A DNA stretch of 64,000 nt from Prochlorococcus sp. AG-436-E22 (GTDB lineage: Bacteria; Cyanobacteriota; Cyanobacteriia; PCC-6307; Cyanobiaceae). Positions 62,354 through 64,000 of this stretch are shown here, one piece after another (the stretch's first letter is position 1; every line of letters starts with the position of its first letter). The stretch is from contig QCPG01000001.1 of the NCBI GenBank assembly GCA_003212615.1, positions 10,597 to 74,596 on the forward strand. The letters are read 5' to 3'. A model generated the notes under the pieces. That model made no database searches and was not told the DNA's origin. It worked only from the letters and a program-made list of their open reading frames with translations. A program made the translations under genes and the position numbers.

Positions 62354-63580
62354 TTGAATGTGATAAAAAAAATTTATTCATTTTTCTTAATTGTTCTTGT
62401 ATTAGTAACATCTCCTTTCTTAATAAGATATTTACTGGTAAATCAGAAAATAACTATTTTAAATAGTATTTATTTTAATTTCCGCGGAATAATTACTAAA
62501 AAGAAAAGTTGTCCTACTTATGATGCATTATTGAATCAAACCCTTGATGATTCTTTTAGTGTATCAATTATTAATAATAAAGGGCAAATAATAAGTTCCT
62601 ACAATGATGAAGTTCCAAGGTTGCCAGCATCTAATCAAAAATTATTCTCATCAGCTTATGTTTTAAGTAAATATAAATTAAATAGTAATTTAAAAACTTC
62701 CTTATTAAAAAAAAATCAAAACGATTATTTTTTGTACGGTCAAGGTGATCCAGATCTGAATTATGAAAATATAATCGAATTAATTTCAAATATTAAAGAA
62801 AATAAAATTATTAACTTTAATATTGTAGAAATTGATTCAAAATTATATTGGCCTAATGGTTGGACAAATACTGATAAACTTTACGAATATGGATCTCCAA
62901 TTACATCTCTTGCGATAGAAAGTAATCACAATAAATATGATGATATTTATGCATTAAAAAATTTTATTAATAACTATTTAAAAAATAAATTTCCAAATTC
63001 AAAAATATATATAGATTTTTTTGATTCAGAAAAAACATTTTATTTAAAAGATATTAAAGAGATAAATAAAATATATTCAACTCCAATTTATTCATTATTA
63101 ACTCTAATAAATTCTGAAAGCCATAATTTTACAGCTGAATCTCTCTTTAAAAATGCCTCAAATACATGGAACGATAATGACTATATAAAATTGAAAAAAT
63201 GGTTAGAAAATAAAGGACTCCCTCTAACTAATACATACTTTGCAGATGCTAGTGGATTGTCTAGAAAAAATAAAATTACAACAAAGTTAGTTGTATTGTT
63301 TTTAGATAAAATGAGATATTTTAATGATTTTAAAGCTTATCAATCTACACTTTCAATTACGGGAGTTAGAGGAACATTAGCTAAAAGATTTGTAAATAGT
63401 GAATTATCTGGAAAGTTTTTTGGCAAAACTGGAACTCTTTCAAATGTCTTTGCATTATCTGGCTTTTTATATAAAAATGAAAAGCCAATAATTATAAGCA
63501 TTATCCAAAATTCTAATAATATTGATAAAGAAAAAGCTTTTAAATTATTACGTGATATTTATTACTTGAAGTCTTGTTAA
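62354..63580 (+). CDS. dacB: D-alanyl-D-alanine carboxypeptidase/endopeptidase (S13, PBP4-like)
   Basis: SxxK PASNQK, GDP, SxN SHN, DASGLSR, KTG in GKTGTL. Confidence 0.9.
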   Translation: MNVIKKIYSFFLIVLVLVTSPFLIRYLLVNQKITILNSIYFNFRGIITKKKSCPTYDALLNQTLDDSFSVSIINNKGQIISSYNDEVPRLPASNQKLFSSAYVLSKYKLNSNLKTSLLKKNQNDYFLYGQGDPDLNYENIIELISNIKENKIINFNIVEIDSKLYWPNGWTNTDKLYEYGSPITSLAIESNHNKYDDIYALKNFINNYLKNKFPNSKIYIDFFDSEKTFYLKDIKEINKIYSTPIYSLLTLINSESHNFTAESLFKNASNTWNDNDYIKLKKWLENKGLPLTNTYFADASGLSRKNKITTKLVVLFLDKMRYFNDFKAYQSTLSITGVRGTLAKRFVNSELSGKFFGKTGTLSNVFALSGFLYKNEKPIIISIIQNSNNIDKEKAFKLLRDIYYLKSC

Positions 63581-63588
63581 TAAAAATA

Positions 63589-64000
63589 TTATTTAAAATA
63601 TTCTTTTAAATCCCTTTCAACTGAGGGGGGTACCATATGATTAATTTCACCCCCAAATTTTGCAACTTCTTTTACTACTGAACTACTAAGAAAACTATAA
63701 TTTGTATTGGTTGATAAAAATATAGTTTCAATTTCATTATTAAGAGATTTATTTGTATGAGCAATCTGGAGTTCATACTCAAAATCACTCATTGCTCTTA
63801 AGCCTCTTAAAATAAGATTAGCTTTTAGATCATTTGCACAATCAACAGTAAGTCCTGAATAAGAAATAACTTCAATATTAGGTAAATGAGAAAGAGAATT
63901 TTTTATTTGTAAAATTCTTCTTTGAATATTAAATGTTGGTGTTTTAGAAGTGTTTTCTAAAACAGCAACTACTAAATTTCCAAATATTTTTTCAGCCCTT
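63589..64000 (-). CDS. coaD: Pantetheine-phosphate adenylyltransferase, 5' end outside window
   Basis: Open minus frame from window end: [16 protein letters not shown]...[20 protein letters not shown]...[12 protein letters not shown]. Confidence 0.95.
   Translation of the reverse strand, partial: RAEKIFGNLVVAVLENTSKTPTFNIQRRILQIKNSLSHLPNIEVISYSGLTVDCANDLKANLILRGLRAMSDFEYELQIAHTNKSLNNEIETIFLSTNTNYSFLSSSVVKEVAKFGGEINHMVPPSVERDLKEYFK

Noticed and set aside
1-64000. CRISPR arrays, IS elements, HIP1 repeats, dif site
   Set aside because: No regularly spaced repeats, transposases or GCGATCGC enrichment noticed by eye; no dif-like site could be identified with confidence. A computational repeat and skew scan would be needed to exclude subtle cases.

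Overview
AT-rich (roughly 30% GC by eye), very densely packed core-genome segment of a marine picocyanobacterium, most likely a high-light Prochlorococcus marinus (psb28, psaK, PAM68, GUN4, intein-free dnaE, tiny intergenic spacers, many gene overlaps). It holds about 60 housekeeping genes running from a STAS anti-sigma antagonist, mini-RNase III, rlmB, gatA and dnaE through dnaG, umuDC, pdhB-secD-secF, glnA, pyk, ilvA, dxs, htpG, tRNA-Ser(GGA), dnaK-dnaJ, ribBA, pgi, leuS and dapF to a partial coaD. I saw no mobile element, prophage, CRISPR array or defence island, and cannot claim a large new system. The best leads are small: (i) a LexA-box-controlled umuD-umuC operon with a third gene encoding an HExxH putative metalloprotease; (ii) two small membrane ORFs (31 and 45 aa) missed by the ORF track; (iii) an scpB with no ATG/GTG/TTG start upstream of its conserved N-terminal motif; (iv) both halves of a PmgA/STAS-type partner switch; (v) readable NtcA, LexA and possible Rre1/K-box regulatory sites. 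Family assignments come from motif recognition, not database searches.
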